NCBI RefSeq assembly: GCF_009914755.1
Contig: NC_060926.1
Source: the human T2T-CHM13v2.0 reference genome, Homo sapiens
Length of the DNA: 64,000 nt
Strand: one strand, 5' to 3'
Shown here piece after piece: positions 9,680-23,733 of the stretch; the first letter of the stretch is position 1; each line of letters opens with the position of its first letter. The translations under genes were made by a program, and so were the position numbers. Under the pieces are notes generated by a model. It had not been told where the DNA came from and searched no databases. It saw only the letters and a list, made by a program, of their open reading frames with translations.

Positions 9680-12600
9680 ATGAAGGAGTAAAACACCTAA
9701 CAAATCAACCTTTCCGTAAATGACAACTACAATCTCTGGGGAAAAAATTTAAAAGTAAAAAATAAGCCAACTACCCTGTCATTGAAAAGCGATCAATGAG
9801 AGGAGGCAGTGGCAGATGTGGGGTGAATTTCATGTTTTGTGACTTGACTCTGTGAGTAGCAGCAGCTGTCGTGGTTGTACTTGGCAACAGAAACTCCCAT
9901 AGAAAAGCATATCATCATTCTTCCTGAAGGAACTAAAGAAAGGATACTGGGGAAACCAGAGCTGCCAAAGAGAGAGGATACCCTAGAAAAGAGAAAACCA
10001 AAGAGGAAGAATCCCAAAATCTGTGTATAAACTCTGCCCAGTCTGGCTCCCCTGAAACACGTATGCACAGGGCAGACTGGAGGCAGTCTGAACTGAGGTC
10101 TGAATTGCCACACACTACAGGCAAGAGAGACTTTGAAGTATGACTCTCCCAAGTTAATTGCTTCATAAAACAACACATCAACACTATTTGGAACAATATA
10201 ACAAACTCCAGAGCCTCCACAACATAACATTCAAAATGTCTGGAATACAATTCAAAATAATTGACATACAAAGAACCAGAAAAGTGTGAACCATTCTCAA
10301 GGGAAAAAGCAACCAACTGGGATTCAGTCCTGAGAAGAACCAGGTGTTGGAATGATCAGATAAAGACTTTAAAAGCAGTCACCTATGCTCAATGGGGTAA
10401 ATGGAACCTTCTCAAAATAAATGAAAAGATCAGAAATCTCAGCAGAGAAATAAAAAAATAAAATAACCAAAAAGAGATTTTATCTGAAAAATTTAATATC
10501 TAAAATAAAATTCACTGGATGGGCCTATTTGCAAAATGGAGATGACAGAGGAAAGAATCAATGAACTTAAGGAAATCAACCAATCTGAAGAAAAGGGGAA
10601 AAGAGCACCTCAAGGACATGTGGAATAACTTCAAAAGTAGAGGAGGAAGAGAATGGAGCAGAAAAAACATTTAAAGGGAAAGGTCTGGAAACTCTCTACG
10701 TTTGATAAAAGATGGGAATGTGAAAAATTAAGAAGCTCAGCAAATATCAAACAGGAAATATTTAAATAAAAACTTCATTGGTTACATCATGGTCAACCCA
10801 CTGGACCCAAGGAAAAAGAGAGAATCTTGAAAGCAGCCAGACAAAAATGAAAAGTTACATTTTTATTTGGACAACAACAGTTTAAATGACCATAGACTTC
10901 TCCTCAGATGTCACAGGGGTCAGAAGACTGGAGAACAACATCATTAAAGTGCTGAAATAAGAAAACTATCAACATGGAATTTTATATCTAGTTAAACTTG
11001 AAAAGTAAGAGCAAAATACATTTGCAGATAAAAGAAAAGCAAATGAATTTGTTCTAGCCATTAATTCTGGCTTATGAGAGATGATACCAGAGGCAAACCC
11101 AGATCTTTAGGAATGAATGGAGACCAACAGAAATAGTGAATATCTGAATAAATCTGAGTAAATATAAAAGTCTATTTTTCTAATAACTTCTTTCAAATAA
11201 ACATGAATAAGGAAAAATTGTGAAATTCTCTTGTCCAGTTTATAATGTATATAATACAACTGTAACATAAATGCAGGTGAGGTTATAAATTAATCTATAT
11301 GGTCACAAGGTGCCTATATTTTATGTAAAGTGGTACAATAGCAATCTTAAATAGACTGAGAAAAGTTAAGGATATGTTGTAATGCTTAGAACAATGACAA
11401 AAATAAAATTTAAAAAAACAAAGAGGTATAGATTAAAAACTAATAAATACATAAAATGAATTTAAAAATGCTTGAGCAATCCAGAAGAAAGCAGAAAAAC
11501 AGGAAAAGAGAAACAAAAAATAAGTGACACAAACATAAAACAAATAACAAAATGGCAGACCTAAGTTTAAGCATATCAATAATTATATTAATTATTAACG
11601 GTCTCAACATCCAAATGGAAACACAGAGGTTAGAGAAATGCATTTAAAAATAAACAATAAAAAACATAACCCAACACACTTTAAATATAAAGATAGGAAT
11701 AAGTTCAAATTAAATGAATGCAAAAAGATATATTATGCAAACCATAAGAGAGCTAGATTAGGTATATAAATATCTGATAAAATAGAATTCAAGATAGAAT
11801 AGTACCAAAAAATGAAGAGGGAAATTTTATAGTGACAAAAGGATCAATTTATCAATGAGACTTAATAACCGTAAATGAGTATAGATCTATCAACAGAGCC
11901 TCAAAATACATGAAACGAAAATTGACAGGATTAAAAGGAGAAATAGAAAATTCCATAATCACAATAGGTTTTTAACACCTCTCTCTCAGCAAGCGATAGA
12001 GCAACTAGACAGAAACATCAGTAAAGATCTATAAAAATAATGGTATTATTCAGGAATCTGAATAATAATATTCGCCATGTTGACCTAACTAATAGTTACA
12101 AAACACTACCTAACAACTGCAGAATACACATTTATTTCAAGTGTGCACTATGTGTTTGCTGAGATTTACCATAGTCTGGGCACAAAACAAGTCTCAATAA
12201 ATTTAAAAGAATTAAAATCATACAGAATATTTCTCTAACCACAACCAAATTAAATTAGAAACAAATAAAAGTAAGATAGGCAGAAAAACCCAAAGCTTGT
12301 GATAAGATTCTTAACACACTCAGCAGAATGTTTAAAATTAAAAAGACTGACAATACCAAATGTTAGTGAGGATATGGAGCAACTGGAACCTTCATGCATT
12401 GTTGGTGGAAATGAGAAATGATACAACCACTTCCAAGAAGTGACAGGATTTTTTTTTTAAGTTAAACAGCATACTCTGGTTTTTCTTCAGATTGCATAAA
12501 TCTTTTACCTTTCACTAAAATTTTAACATACACCTACCATATGACCCCACCAGCCCATTTCTAGGTATTTACCCATGAGAAATCCACGCATTTGTCCACA

Positions 12601-13130
12601 ATAAGCTCTGTATGTAAACGTTCACAGAAGTTTTATTCTTAATAGCCAAAACACTGGAACCAACTTAAATATCCATCATTTAACTGAATGAATAAGCAAA
12701 AAATATAGTATATTTATACAAAGGAATACTACTCAGCAAGAAAACAGAACAAACTACTGATAAACACAAAAGCATGGAAGAATCTCAAAATCAGGCAGAG
12801 GAAAAGAAGGCAGAAATGTATATATGGATGGATGGATGGATGGATAGATAGACATACACACAGACATATATCTAGTATTACTCCATTTATATAAAATCTT
12901 TAAAAAATGAAGCATGTAAAGGAATAGAATCAGTGGTTACCTGGGACTCGGAGTAGAGGGAAGGGTGTACTGTAATGGGACATAAGGAATCTTTTGGGGC
13001 GGATGGAAAAGTTTTGCCTCTTGATTATGGTCGTAGTTTCGTGGCTATATACAACTGACAAAATAGTGTGCCCTTTAAGTGAATTCAACTTATTGGGTGT
13101 TATTTACACCTCAAAGATGATATTTTTAAA
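9680..13130 (+). mobile_element. Old L1M/L1ME-type fragments (5' region, ORF1, ORF2 start, 3' end)
   Basis: AGAAATCTCAGCAGAGAAATA, AAATTCACTGGATGGGC, GAATCTTGAAAGCAGCCAGA, AACAACTGCAGAATACACATT, GGATATGGAGCAACTGGAAC, GGAATACTACTCAGCAA. Confidence 0.7.
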
Positions 13131-13419
13131 TTTCAGCACAAAAAATTAAAAATGGGATCAAGTGGGATTATTCTAGGAATACCAGGATAACTCCTTAAAA
13201 TCCATTAATACAGTTTATTATGTTAAGAAACAATAAAACGTGATTATCTCCATACATTCTGGGGGAGCATTTGATCAGATTCTGCACTCATTCTTGATAT
13301 TTAAATTTAAAAGCAAATAAAATAGAAATGTGTGGATATTTCCTTGACATGATAAAATGTTTTGAATAGAGAACTACAGAAGCTATTGATGTTAAAGTCA
13401 GAAATAAGACAATGATTAC

Positions 13420-13881
13420 TATATTCACTTCCTATTGCTGCCACCACAAATTTAATAGCCTAAAACAACACAAATGTATTCTCTTACAGTTCTGGAAGTC
13501 AGAGTCTAAATGGTCACACTGAGTTAAAATCAAGGTGCCAGCAGGGCTGCATTTCTTTCTGGAGGCTCTAGGAGAAAATTGATACACTTACCTTTTTCAG
13601 CTTACTAAAGGCTATCTGCATTCCTTGGTTCATGGCTCTCTTCCATCTTCAAAGCCAGCATTTGCATCATTCTGACCTTGGCTTCTAACATTGCATCTCC
13701 TTCTCTGACTCTTACTCTCCTACCTGCCTCTTACAAGGACTCTTGTGATAATCTTCCCATCTCAGGGTCCTTAACTCAATCACATCTGCAAAGTTCCTTT
13801 GCCATGTAAGTTAACACATTCACAGGTTCCAAAGATTAGGACATGGACGTCTTTGGGGTGGCCATTATTCTGCCTACCACA
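13420..13881 (-). mobile_element. MLT1B/C/D-type MaLR LTR
   Basis: TAAAACAACACAAATGTATTCTCTTACAGTTCTGGA, AAATCAAGGTGCCAGCAGGGCTGC, and an end in GCCATTATTCTGCCTACCACA. Confidence 0.75.
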
Positions 13882-13884
13882 CTT

Positions 13885-15945
13885 ACCAAGTGCAAATGCG
13901 GCCAATAATCAGGTAGACAAGATGGCCTATTCAATGGATCTCCATTGACCTCTTTACCCAGACACCCCAGTATTTGCTCAATGGGCTCACTAACAACGTG
14001 GCCACAATAGCAGGGATGGAGGTTACACAAGGGCTTGGATTTCCCTTTAAGCTTGATCCAGCTTCCACTATTGCTGAGTACTCAGCTGCAGAGACCAATA
14101 CTGAGTGCCCAGTACAGTATGTAGCCACCCTATTAGACACCTTCCATCATGGAGGAGGAAGCAATTTACCCTTGCTGGAATAGACATTTCCTGGAATATG
14201 CATTTGTCTTCTCTGCCTGTTGTAGTTTGACTAAAAGCAGCATCTATGGACTTTCCGAATACTTGAATTACCCTCCCAATCCCTTGCAACATTGTTTCTG
14301 TCCAGGAAAAATAATTTTAAAGCAATGGATGATAGGCTTATTTCTACAGCATACACTTGTCTTATCATGGAACCTCATCATCCCAAAGCAGGTGGAGTAA
14401 TAGAACAGTGAACAAACCTGTTGAAGGCTCAATCACAGCTCCAATTTGGACTCACTCAACACCTTATGAGAGTTGGGTGTCATTTGCAGCATGCAGTATA
14501 TACTCAGAACTGGAGACTAATAATATGGTTCTTTTGCTCTCATAGCCGAAAATGTGTGTATTCAGTAACTAAGGGAGAGAAATAGGAGAGGTGCCCCTCA
14601 CTATTAAACCTAATGGTCCCTTATAAACTTTTTTTCCCATTCACTGGGCTCAGCTGACATCAAGACATAAGTGCCCAAAAGAGAAATTCTTCCCCTAGGT
14701 AACTAAAAATGGTTCCACTAAACAAAGAACTAGGAACCTGTTTCTTTTTATGCCACTAATCAACAGATAAAGGCAAAGGGGGACTAAGGTTGCTATATCT
14801 TGGGTGGCAGCAGGGGAAAATGTGTCAAGAACCCAAAGGATCCTTTGGAGCATCTTCAGTTATTAGCAAAATGAATAGAACATACAGTGACCCAATAGAG
14901 ACAGTATTCAAAACCCTCAGGAATAAAGTTTTTGGTCACTTCACCAGATAAATACCAAAATGATTACTACAATCTCGTGACCAGTTAGAGAAATGAGGAA
15001 TGTAACAGCCACCTATACTCTTAACCTGCGTTATTTTTAAAAAACAAAACAAAATTACTTTTCTGTTTGTTTTTTTTTTTTTCCATTTCCCCACCATTTT
15101 CATAGAATGTGTTTTGGTGGATAACTTTATAATGTAATCCATGAGCTACAAAATATCAGTTGGAATTATATAGAAACTAGAGAGGGAAGGCTCATCACCA
15201 AGTGATAGTTGTAATTACTGATGGGACTTCAGGTGTCTCATCTGTTTTGGGGAAGATAGTGAGTTTGTTTTTTCTCTATAAGAGAGTATTGTATTATATT
15301 AAAAGGGAAAATGTTTTTGTTGTTATCAATGTTGTTTGTCAGTTTAAGCATGGATAAAAGAATATGGTTAGTCCAAGGAATGGAGTTTAATCATTATGGT
15401 GGGTTGACACTCAGTCTCCATCCCATCTTCTCTCTAGTATGCTTTTCTGAATGGAAGAACCTAGAAAACTAAGAACTACATTTTCCAGATTCCATTGTAG
15501 CTAGAGTTTTAGATGTAATTTATATGCTGCCAACTAGATTCATTCAAGGTTTTTGAAGTCTAACGTGAGGCAAAGGTGGAGGTGACGTTTCTACTGCTTG
15601 TGCTGTTTCCTGCTGGCATCCTGTGGAATTGCTGGCTTTTCTGTGGCAACATTAACAGAGGTCCAAGTATCTAGCCACAAGCTTCAGGACTGCTGAGGCA
15701 GGGATTGGAGCACCCATCCTGCTGGTCATTTCAGAGCAGCTCTGCATGATTCCAGAGACAGTAGCCATGATGACTTCCTCGTCAAAATAACTCCCTATTC
15801 ACAGATTGGCATTGTGATTTTTGAGATAGCAGCTCCCTGACTGCGGAAGAGTCACAGGGACTATTTCTGAAATGGTTTCTAAAATCTCAACCTAGAGTCT
15901 CTTTTTTCAGTCCTCCTGATAATGTTGAAATCTACTTAATAAATT
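13885..15945 (+). mobile_element. ERVL-class internal sequence remnant followed by an old ERVL LTR
   Basis: AATAATCAGGTAGACAAGATG...GCTCAATGGGCTCA...GGCCAC..AGCAGGGATGGAGG (ERVL/MaLR pol-integrase-like), then AGAACTACATTTTCCAGATTCC...GCTAG LTR motifs. Confidence 0.55.
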
Positions 15946-15948
15946 CCT

Positions 15949-16693
15949 CTGTCTTGGTCAGTTGGGTGTGCTATAATGAAATACCATAGACTGGGTAGCT
16001 TATAACAACAGAAATTTATTTCTCACAGCTCTGGAGGCTAGGAAGTTCAAGATCAAGGCACCAGTAGATTCAGTGTATGGGGAGGGCCCACTTCTTGGTT
16101 CACAGACAGTGCCTTCTTCCTGTGTCCTCACATGGTGAAAGGGGCAAGGTAGCTCTCTGGGGCCTCTTTTTGTAAGGGTGCTAAACCCATTAATGAGGGC
16201 TCTACCCTCATGACCTAGTCACCACCTGATATGGTTTGGGTTGTATTCCCACCCAAATCTCATGTCAAATTATAATCCCCAATGTTGAAGGAGGAACCTC
16301 GTGGGAGTTGATTGGATCATGGGGGCAGATTTCCCCCTTGCTATTCTCTTTGATAGTGAGTGAGTTCTTATGAGATCTGTTTTTTTAAAAGTGTGTAGCA
16401 CCTCCCTCTTTGCTGTCTTCCTCCTGCTCCAGCCACATAAGACATGCCTGCTCCCCTTCACCTTCCACCATTTGTAAGTTTCCTGAGGCCTCCCCAGCCA
16501 TGCTTTCTGTACAGCCTGTGGAACTGAATCAATTAAGCCTCTTTTCATTATAAATTATCTAGTTTCAGGTATTTCTTTATAGCAGTGCAAGAACTGACTA
16601 ATACACCACCCAAAGCCCTCTCCTCCTAGTATCATCCCACTGGGGATTAGATTGCAACCTAGGTATATTGGGAAGACACATTCGGACCGTAAC
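15949..16693 (-). mobile_element. MLT1A-type LTR interrupted by an MST LTR
   Basis: TGTCTTGGTCAGTTGGGTGTGCTATAA...GACCTAGTCACCACC, resuming CAAAGCCCTC...ACATTCGGACCGTAACA. Confidence 0.75.
16227..16605 (+). mobile_element. MSTA/B MaLR solo LTR
   Basis: TGATATGGTTTGG...AGAACTGACTAATACA; perfect 5-bp TSD CCACC at 16222-16226 and 16606-16610. Confidence 0.85.
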
Positions 16694-18221
16694 ATCTTTC
16701 TTCTCAAACTAGCTAGAGTGGGTTTTGCTCTGTACCAAAATCTGGACCATGCAGTTTTGTTCATGTGAACCTGGATATTGATTTTCAGCTTTTAGAATCA
16801 ACCTATAAATAAATCACCAAAGAGAATATAAAGGCTATTAATTTGACAGTATAAGAGTGATAAAGACTGCTAGTTTTTAACCAAAATTATTTTCCTCTTT
16901 TTCCTGGGCACTTGAGTGGACTATATTTCCCAAACTCCCTTGCAATAAAATGTATCCATGTAACTCAGTTCTAGCCAATGAAATGAGAGAGAAGTGACAA
17001 GTGCCACTTCCAGGCCTGGTCCATAAACCTCTCCCATGTACCCTGGTCCATGCTCTTTGCCCTTTCCAGCTTGGCAAAAGGCAGATGCTTACCATGGAAA
17101 CTGCATTGATTTTTGGTTGTATTCATAAAGCTTCCATCAGACTAAATCAATGAATGGCTTGCCAGTGCTGTTTTGTGAGCAATCAGTAAAGTTTTATTGT
17201 GTTTGAAACTTGTTTCAGCACCTATTAATAGCCTAATGAATACAGTTTAAGTAAAAGCACACATTAAAAAACATGAATATGAACAGGGAGAGAATAGGTA
17301 AAGGAAATGAACCTGAATAGCCTCAAATGTACAAAATGGGGACTCAAGATATATTTTTATAATTTGTGTGCAAGAAATAAAAATATGTTTATATAAAGTT
17401 CCTAAAGCAGTAGGTGAAAGGAAGAGCTTAAGTGAGTTAATTCTCATCTGTCACAGCAGGAAATGGCTGGATAATCTCTAAAACTGATCATTAAGGAACA
17501 GAAATGTATCATAGAAAAGAGAATCACAAGCAAACAAGACTTTAAAATAGAAAGTTAAAATTCCATCTGAATAATGCGCCTGGGATGAGGAAGCTCCAGA
17601 TCAGCTTAGTGGGCATGAGATCTGTGCTGCTGCATAGGGCCCTGAACTTAAAGGGCTCCATGTCTAGTTCAATGTTCTGCTATCGACGTTGTGAAATTCT
17701 TAATGACTTTGCCTTTGAACTTGTGTTGTCTAAATGAAATCCAGTGGACCAATAGAGCCTGCTTGTGAGCAGATATGCTAAATAAGCTTGTTGGCTAATC
17801 CTTGCTGCTTTATGCACATGGAGCTGTTGGCAATGCCACATGAGCACATAATCCAGTGGATGCACAATACTTGAGAATCAAAGGGAGTGCAGGTAAGTGT
17901 ATAACATCCATGACTAGGCAAACAGGGCACTGATAGCCCTTGTAGGCCAGGCTTTCTATTTGAACCAGAACCTGCTGTGAACTCAGAAAAAGGGAAATGG
18001 TGTTCCAAATGACACAAACAACCAAGGAATCCTATCATATTCTTTTTTACTCATGTTATTTTCCTTTGTGAGCCAACCATTTGGGCTAAAAATGATGGCA
18101 TAGAAGGAAAGGGAGAAGTAGGAAAATCCATTGTTCTTTTTCCTTTTAGTCCTTCCTTACTCATTAGTAAGCTTAAGATAGACATCGTTGGTAGAATGTG
18201 TGCATATCAAGAACTAAACTA

Positions 18222-20441
18222 ACACCACTATCATTAGGAAAATGCAAACCAAAACCACAATAAGGTATCATCTCACTCCAGTTAGAATGGCTATTACAAA
18301 AAAGACAAGAAATAACAAATGCTGGCAAGAATGCAGGGAAAATGGAACTCATCCATTTTGGTGGGTGGGGATGTAAATTAGTACAGCCATTATGGAAAAC
18401 AGTTTGAAGGTTTTTCAAAAAATTGAAAATAGAACAGTGACACAAAACAGCAATCCCACTACTGGGTATTTAACCAAAAGAGAGGAAATCAGTATATCAA
18501 AGGGATACATGGACCCCCATGTTTATTGCAGCACTATTCAAAGAGCCAAGATATGGAATCATCCTAAGTATTCTTCAAAGGATGCACAGATAAAGAAAAT
18601 GTGGTGTCTGTATACACAATGGAATACTATTCAGTCATTAAAAATGATGAAATAGTGTCATTTTCAGCAACGTGGATAGAATGGAGGTCATTATGTTAAG
18701 TGAAAAAAGCCAGACACAGAAAGACAAATATTGCATGTTCTTACTGATATGTGGAAGCTAAAACATTGATCTCATGGAAGTAGGAAGTAGAATGATAGTT
18801 ACCAGAGGCTGGGAAAGGTGGGAGTAGAAGAAGAAAAGATGTTATTTAATGGGTACAAACATATCATTACATGGAAGAAATAGGTTATAATTTGATGGCA
18901 CAGACAGCTAACTATAGTTAATAATAATTTATTGCATATTTCAAAACAGCTAGAAGAGAAGATTTGAAATGTTCCCAACAAAAGAAATAAATGTTTGGGG
19001 TGTTGGATATCCTAAATACCCCGACTTAATCATTACACACTGTATGCAGGTATCAAAATATCACATGTACCCCATAAATACAATGGGACTCCAAAAAGCT
19101 TATGAGAAAACATGGAATCAAAATATACACTTTATTTCTCCACATAAACTTTACCAAAGTCAAGACACTTTTGTAAGCTATGACACCAGCCATTTAATAC
19201 ATTTCTAAAGAACTGAGGGTCCTGGAAATTTAACCATGTCAATGCAGTCTTTTTACATTATTAAACAGAGAAAAATGGATGCCCTCTACAGATTTTTAAG
19301 ATTAGGAAACAAAAAGAAGTCAGAAGGGGCCAAATCGGGACTGTAATGTGGATGCCTAATGATTTCTCATCAAAACACTTGCAAAATTGCACTTGTGTAA
19401 TAAGAAAAATGTCACGGTGGAGAAGAACTCTCTAGTGAAGCCTTCCCAGGGGTTTTCTGCTAAAACTTTGGCTAACTTTCTCAAAACATTCTCATAATAA
19501 GCAGATGTTATCACTCCTTGGCCCTCTAGAATGTCAACAAGCAAAATGTCTTGAGCATTCCCAAAACCTGTTGTCGTTACCTTTGCTCTCCACCAGTCTG
19601 CTTTCGCTTTGACTGGACCACTTCCACCTCTTGATAGCCATTGCTTTGACTGTGCTTTGTCTTCAGGATCATACTGGTAAAGCCATCTACCAGGATCATA
19701 CTGGTAAAGCCATGTTTCATCTCCTGTTACAAGTCTTCAAAGAAATGCTTCAGGATCATGATCCCACTTGTTTAAAATTTCCATTGAATGTTGTGTTCTT
19801 ATCTGCAGATAATCTGGGCACAAAAGTTTTGGCACCCATCAAGTAGAAAGTTTGCTCGACTTTAATTTTTTAGTCAGAATTACATAAGCTGAACCAGTTG
19901 AGATGGCAATGGTGTTGGCTATTGTTTGTGCTGTTAATCATCAGTCCTCTTCAATTAGGGCACAAACAAGATGAATTTTTTCCTCACAAATTGATGTGAA
20001 TGGTCTGCCTCTACAGGCTTCATCTTCAACATTTTCTTATCCCTTCTTAAAACAAGTTATCCATTTATAAAGTGCCAATTTCTTTGGGGCATTTTCCCCA
20101 TAAACTTTTTGTAAAGCATCAGTGACTTCACCATTCTTTCACCAAAGCTTCACCAGAAACATATGTTTGTTCTTGCTTTAATTGTAGCAGAATTCATGTT
20201 GCCCTGATAGGGGCTCTTGTCAATCTGAGGCCTTATCCTTCTTAGTGCCTCAAGCTAGATCCTGTTTAGACATGCTGTAACTAATTAGTATGAGTTCATT
20301 TTGGTACAAAAAAGTTGGAAATTCATGCATCATTTTTTCATAATACACATTTTCCATGAAGTTTTTGAAGTCCCCTCATATGTACAATTACTTTGTACCA
20401 GTTAAAAATAAAAAATAAAATAAAATAAAATAAAATAAAAA
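18222..20441 (+). mobile_element. L1MA-type 3' end interrupted by HSMAR2
   Basis: TCATTAGGAAAATGCAAACCAAAACCACAAT...CACATGTACCCCATAAATA, resuming TGTACAATTA... and a (TAAAA)n tail. Confidence 0.8.
19081..20378 (-). mobile_element. Full-length HSMAR2 mariner transposon (decayed transposase)
   Basis: About 1.3 kb; TIR ...TTTTCCATGAAGTTTTTGAAGTCCCCTCA with a diverged partner at 19081; TA TSD at 19079-19080 and 20379-20380; track ORF 19356-19544 LVDILEGQGVITSAYYENVLRKLAK matches Hsmar2 transposase. Confidence 0.9.
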
Positions 20442-21959
20442 CAGTTGAATTTGTTTGGGTTAGCATTTCCACTGAATGTATGAGCTATAAATAATTGTGT
20501 AATTTAAGTGATTTTACTTGTGAGTTAAATATTCTTATATTTACATTTAAAACTGGCATTGCACAATATAAAGACGAATGTTATCATACAAATAATTTTT
20601 TTATTTGTACTTAGAATGAAATTGAATACCAATTTTAAAATGCCATGACAACTAGGAAAGAAAGGAAAATGCTTTATATTTTAGTATCTTTAATGGCATT
20701 TTTTTCTCCTGGCATTTTACACAAGGGGCCCTGCCTATTCATTTTGCACTGGGACCCGCAAATTAGGTAACCTGTTCTTCAGAGCTTTTTGACTTTCATT
20801 ACAGCACTTTTATTCAGCATGTGCTCGTATCACTTTAATTATTTTTCAAAATATATGTGCAAGTTTTTAAAAATAAAAATAAAGCTAGACTTTTCTGCTT
20901 CTGAGAAAATAGAGCAGATGCACTTTTCCCTATTTCCCCTATTAATTATGACTAAAACTCTGGAATGAATATATACACACACCAAATAAGAAACTCCGAA
21001 AGGTGAGAAGAGGGCAGACCCAGTAGGGACTTTAGACCCTAGGAATGACACAGTGGTGACGTCCCTGGATTTTCTTTTTGCCTCATATTCCCAGACTTGG
21101 AGCTTAAGAAGCCAGCAACCAGAAACGCCAACTGGTGTCGACACAAATAAAAGTCCCAACAAACCTCTGCTTTCTTTAGCCAAATGATTAATAAATGGGC
21201 AGTCTAGAAAGACAAAAAAAAAATCCTTGATGATAACTGCTTTACTGTAGCCACACACCACAGAAAAATCTATGGCTCCACTCTCCCACACACCAGCAAG
21301 GACTGAATGGGGAGCCTCACCACCCCAAACTACTCCCCCCTAGGGTTTAGTCAGAGAAGGACAAATAGGGAGATGGAACTTTCATCCCCACCTTAACAAG
21401 CTCCACCCCCACAGTATCAGAGGAGGCCTTGTGAGAAGCAGTAATAAAGCACCCCTTTCTCTCCCAGGAGGTGTGTGCAGAGGCCCAGTGGGGAGGAAGA
21501 ATTCCCAATGCCACCCAGTGGTAATGAGGAGTCACCCCCCTAGGTGTCAACAGAAGCTGCATGGGAACCCTGCATTTCTAGCCCTATCTGGCAATAACTG
21601 AATGACAACCCCTCTTTCTTCTGCTGGGACAATGTCAGGAAAAGCCAGCTAAAACATACAATTTAAATAAGATCCAGAGTCTCATAATACCCAAAATGTC
21701 TTGATTTCAATTTAAAAAATCACTCATCATACCAAAAACCAGGAAAATCTCAAACTGAATGAAAAACATAATCCATAGATGCCAACACCAAAAGATGTTA
21801 GAATTATCTGATAAAGGTTTTAGAGTAGCCTTTATAAAAATGCTTCAATGAGCAATTATGAACATATAAAAAATAGAACATCTCAGTAAATAAATAGAAG
21901 ATGTGAGAAATAGACAAATTGAAATTTTAGAACTGAAAAATATAATAACAAACATTTTA

Positions 21960-22409
<450 letters not shown>

Positions 22410-23432
22410 TTAACAGAGCTTCCAGGGACCTGTGAGACTATAATAAACTATCTGACATTCACGACATTTATGTCATCAGAGGTTCAAAAGAAGAGGTGAA
22501 AGAGGGTGAGGCCAAAAAAGTACTTAAAGAAATAATGGCTGACAACTTCCTAATTTTTAGCAAAAACATAAACCTACAGATTCAAGAAGCTGTGAAAACT
22601 TCAAATGTAATAAACTCCAAAAACTCTACACCAAGACACATCATAATCAAATTTCTGAAAGCTAAAAACAAACAAAAAATATTACATGGGTAAAACTATT
22701 TGAGTGACAGCAGATTTCTCATTAGAAACCACACAGACCAGAAGGAAGTGCCACAATATTTTTCAAGTGCTGAAAGAAAAGAACTAACAGCCCTAAACCA
22801 TGTACCTAATGACAATATCATTCAGAAATGAAGAAGAAACCAAGACATTCCCGAATGAAGGTGCTGGGGGAAAGCTAATTTGCCTCAGGAGATCTACTCC
22901 GAAAGGATAGCTAAAGAAACTTGTCTAGACCGGATATCATAAAAGAATTCTTGGAGCATCAAGAAGGAAGAAAAAACAACAGGAGTAAAAATTATACTTA
23001 AATACAATAGACCTTCCTTCTCCTCTTGAGTTTTCCATAGTTGAAGCAAAAATTATACCGCTGTCTAATTTAATTCTCAGTGTATCTGGAGGAAATATTT
23101 AAAACAATTATCTTCTAAATGTGGGAAGGTAAAGGGACATAAAGAGAGGAAAAGTTTCTACGTTTCACTCAGACTGGTAAAATGTTGACACCAGTATACT
23201 TTTATAAGGCACACATCAATAACATAATATCTACGGCAATCACTTAAAAAGCTATACAAATAGGTGCACTCGAAAACACTGTAGAGAAATAAAAATGTAA
23301 TTCTAAAAAATGTTAAGTAACCCACAGGAAGGCAGAAAAAAGAAACAGAGGAAGAGAAACAAAGAGAAAACAAAAATTAAAATGACAGACTTAAGCCCTA
23401 ACATATCAATAATTACATAAATGTAAACCGTC

Positions 23433-23733
23433 GGCTGGGCACGAAGGCTCACGCCTGTAATCCCAGCACTTTGAGAGGCTGAGGCAGGCAGATTATGAGG
23501 TCAGGAGATCGAGACCATCCTGGCTAACATGGTGAAACCCCGTCTCTACTAAAAATACGAGAAATTAGTCAGGTGTGGTGGCACGTGCCTGTAGTCCCAA
23601 CTACTTGGGAGGCTGAGGCAGGAGAATCACTTCAACCCAGGAGGCGGAGGTTGCAGTGAGCCGAGATTGCACCATTGCACCCCAGCCTTGGTGACAGAGT
23701 GAGACTCCACCTCAAAAAAATAAATAAATAAAA
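23433..23733 (+). mobile_element. AluS (Sc-like)
   Basis: GAGGTCAGGAGATCGAGACCATCCTGGCTAACATGG left arm with an S-type right arm; diverged TSD beginning AAATGTAAA. Confidence 0.9.

Larger units (their letters stand above)
17597..20775 (+). mobile_element. MER45-type (hAT-Tip100) element split by L1MA and HSMAR2
   Basis: 5' CAGCTTAGTGGGCATGAGATCTGTGC...AGGGCCC; 3' GGGGCCCTGCC...CATTTTGCACTGGGACCCGCAAATTA. Confidence 0.6.

Noticed and set aside
19081-20378. HSMAR2 as an active or domesticated transposase
   Set aside because: Only short open fragments remain, with stops, frameshifts, an internal duplication and one diverged TIR.
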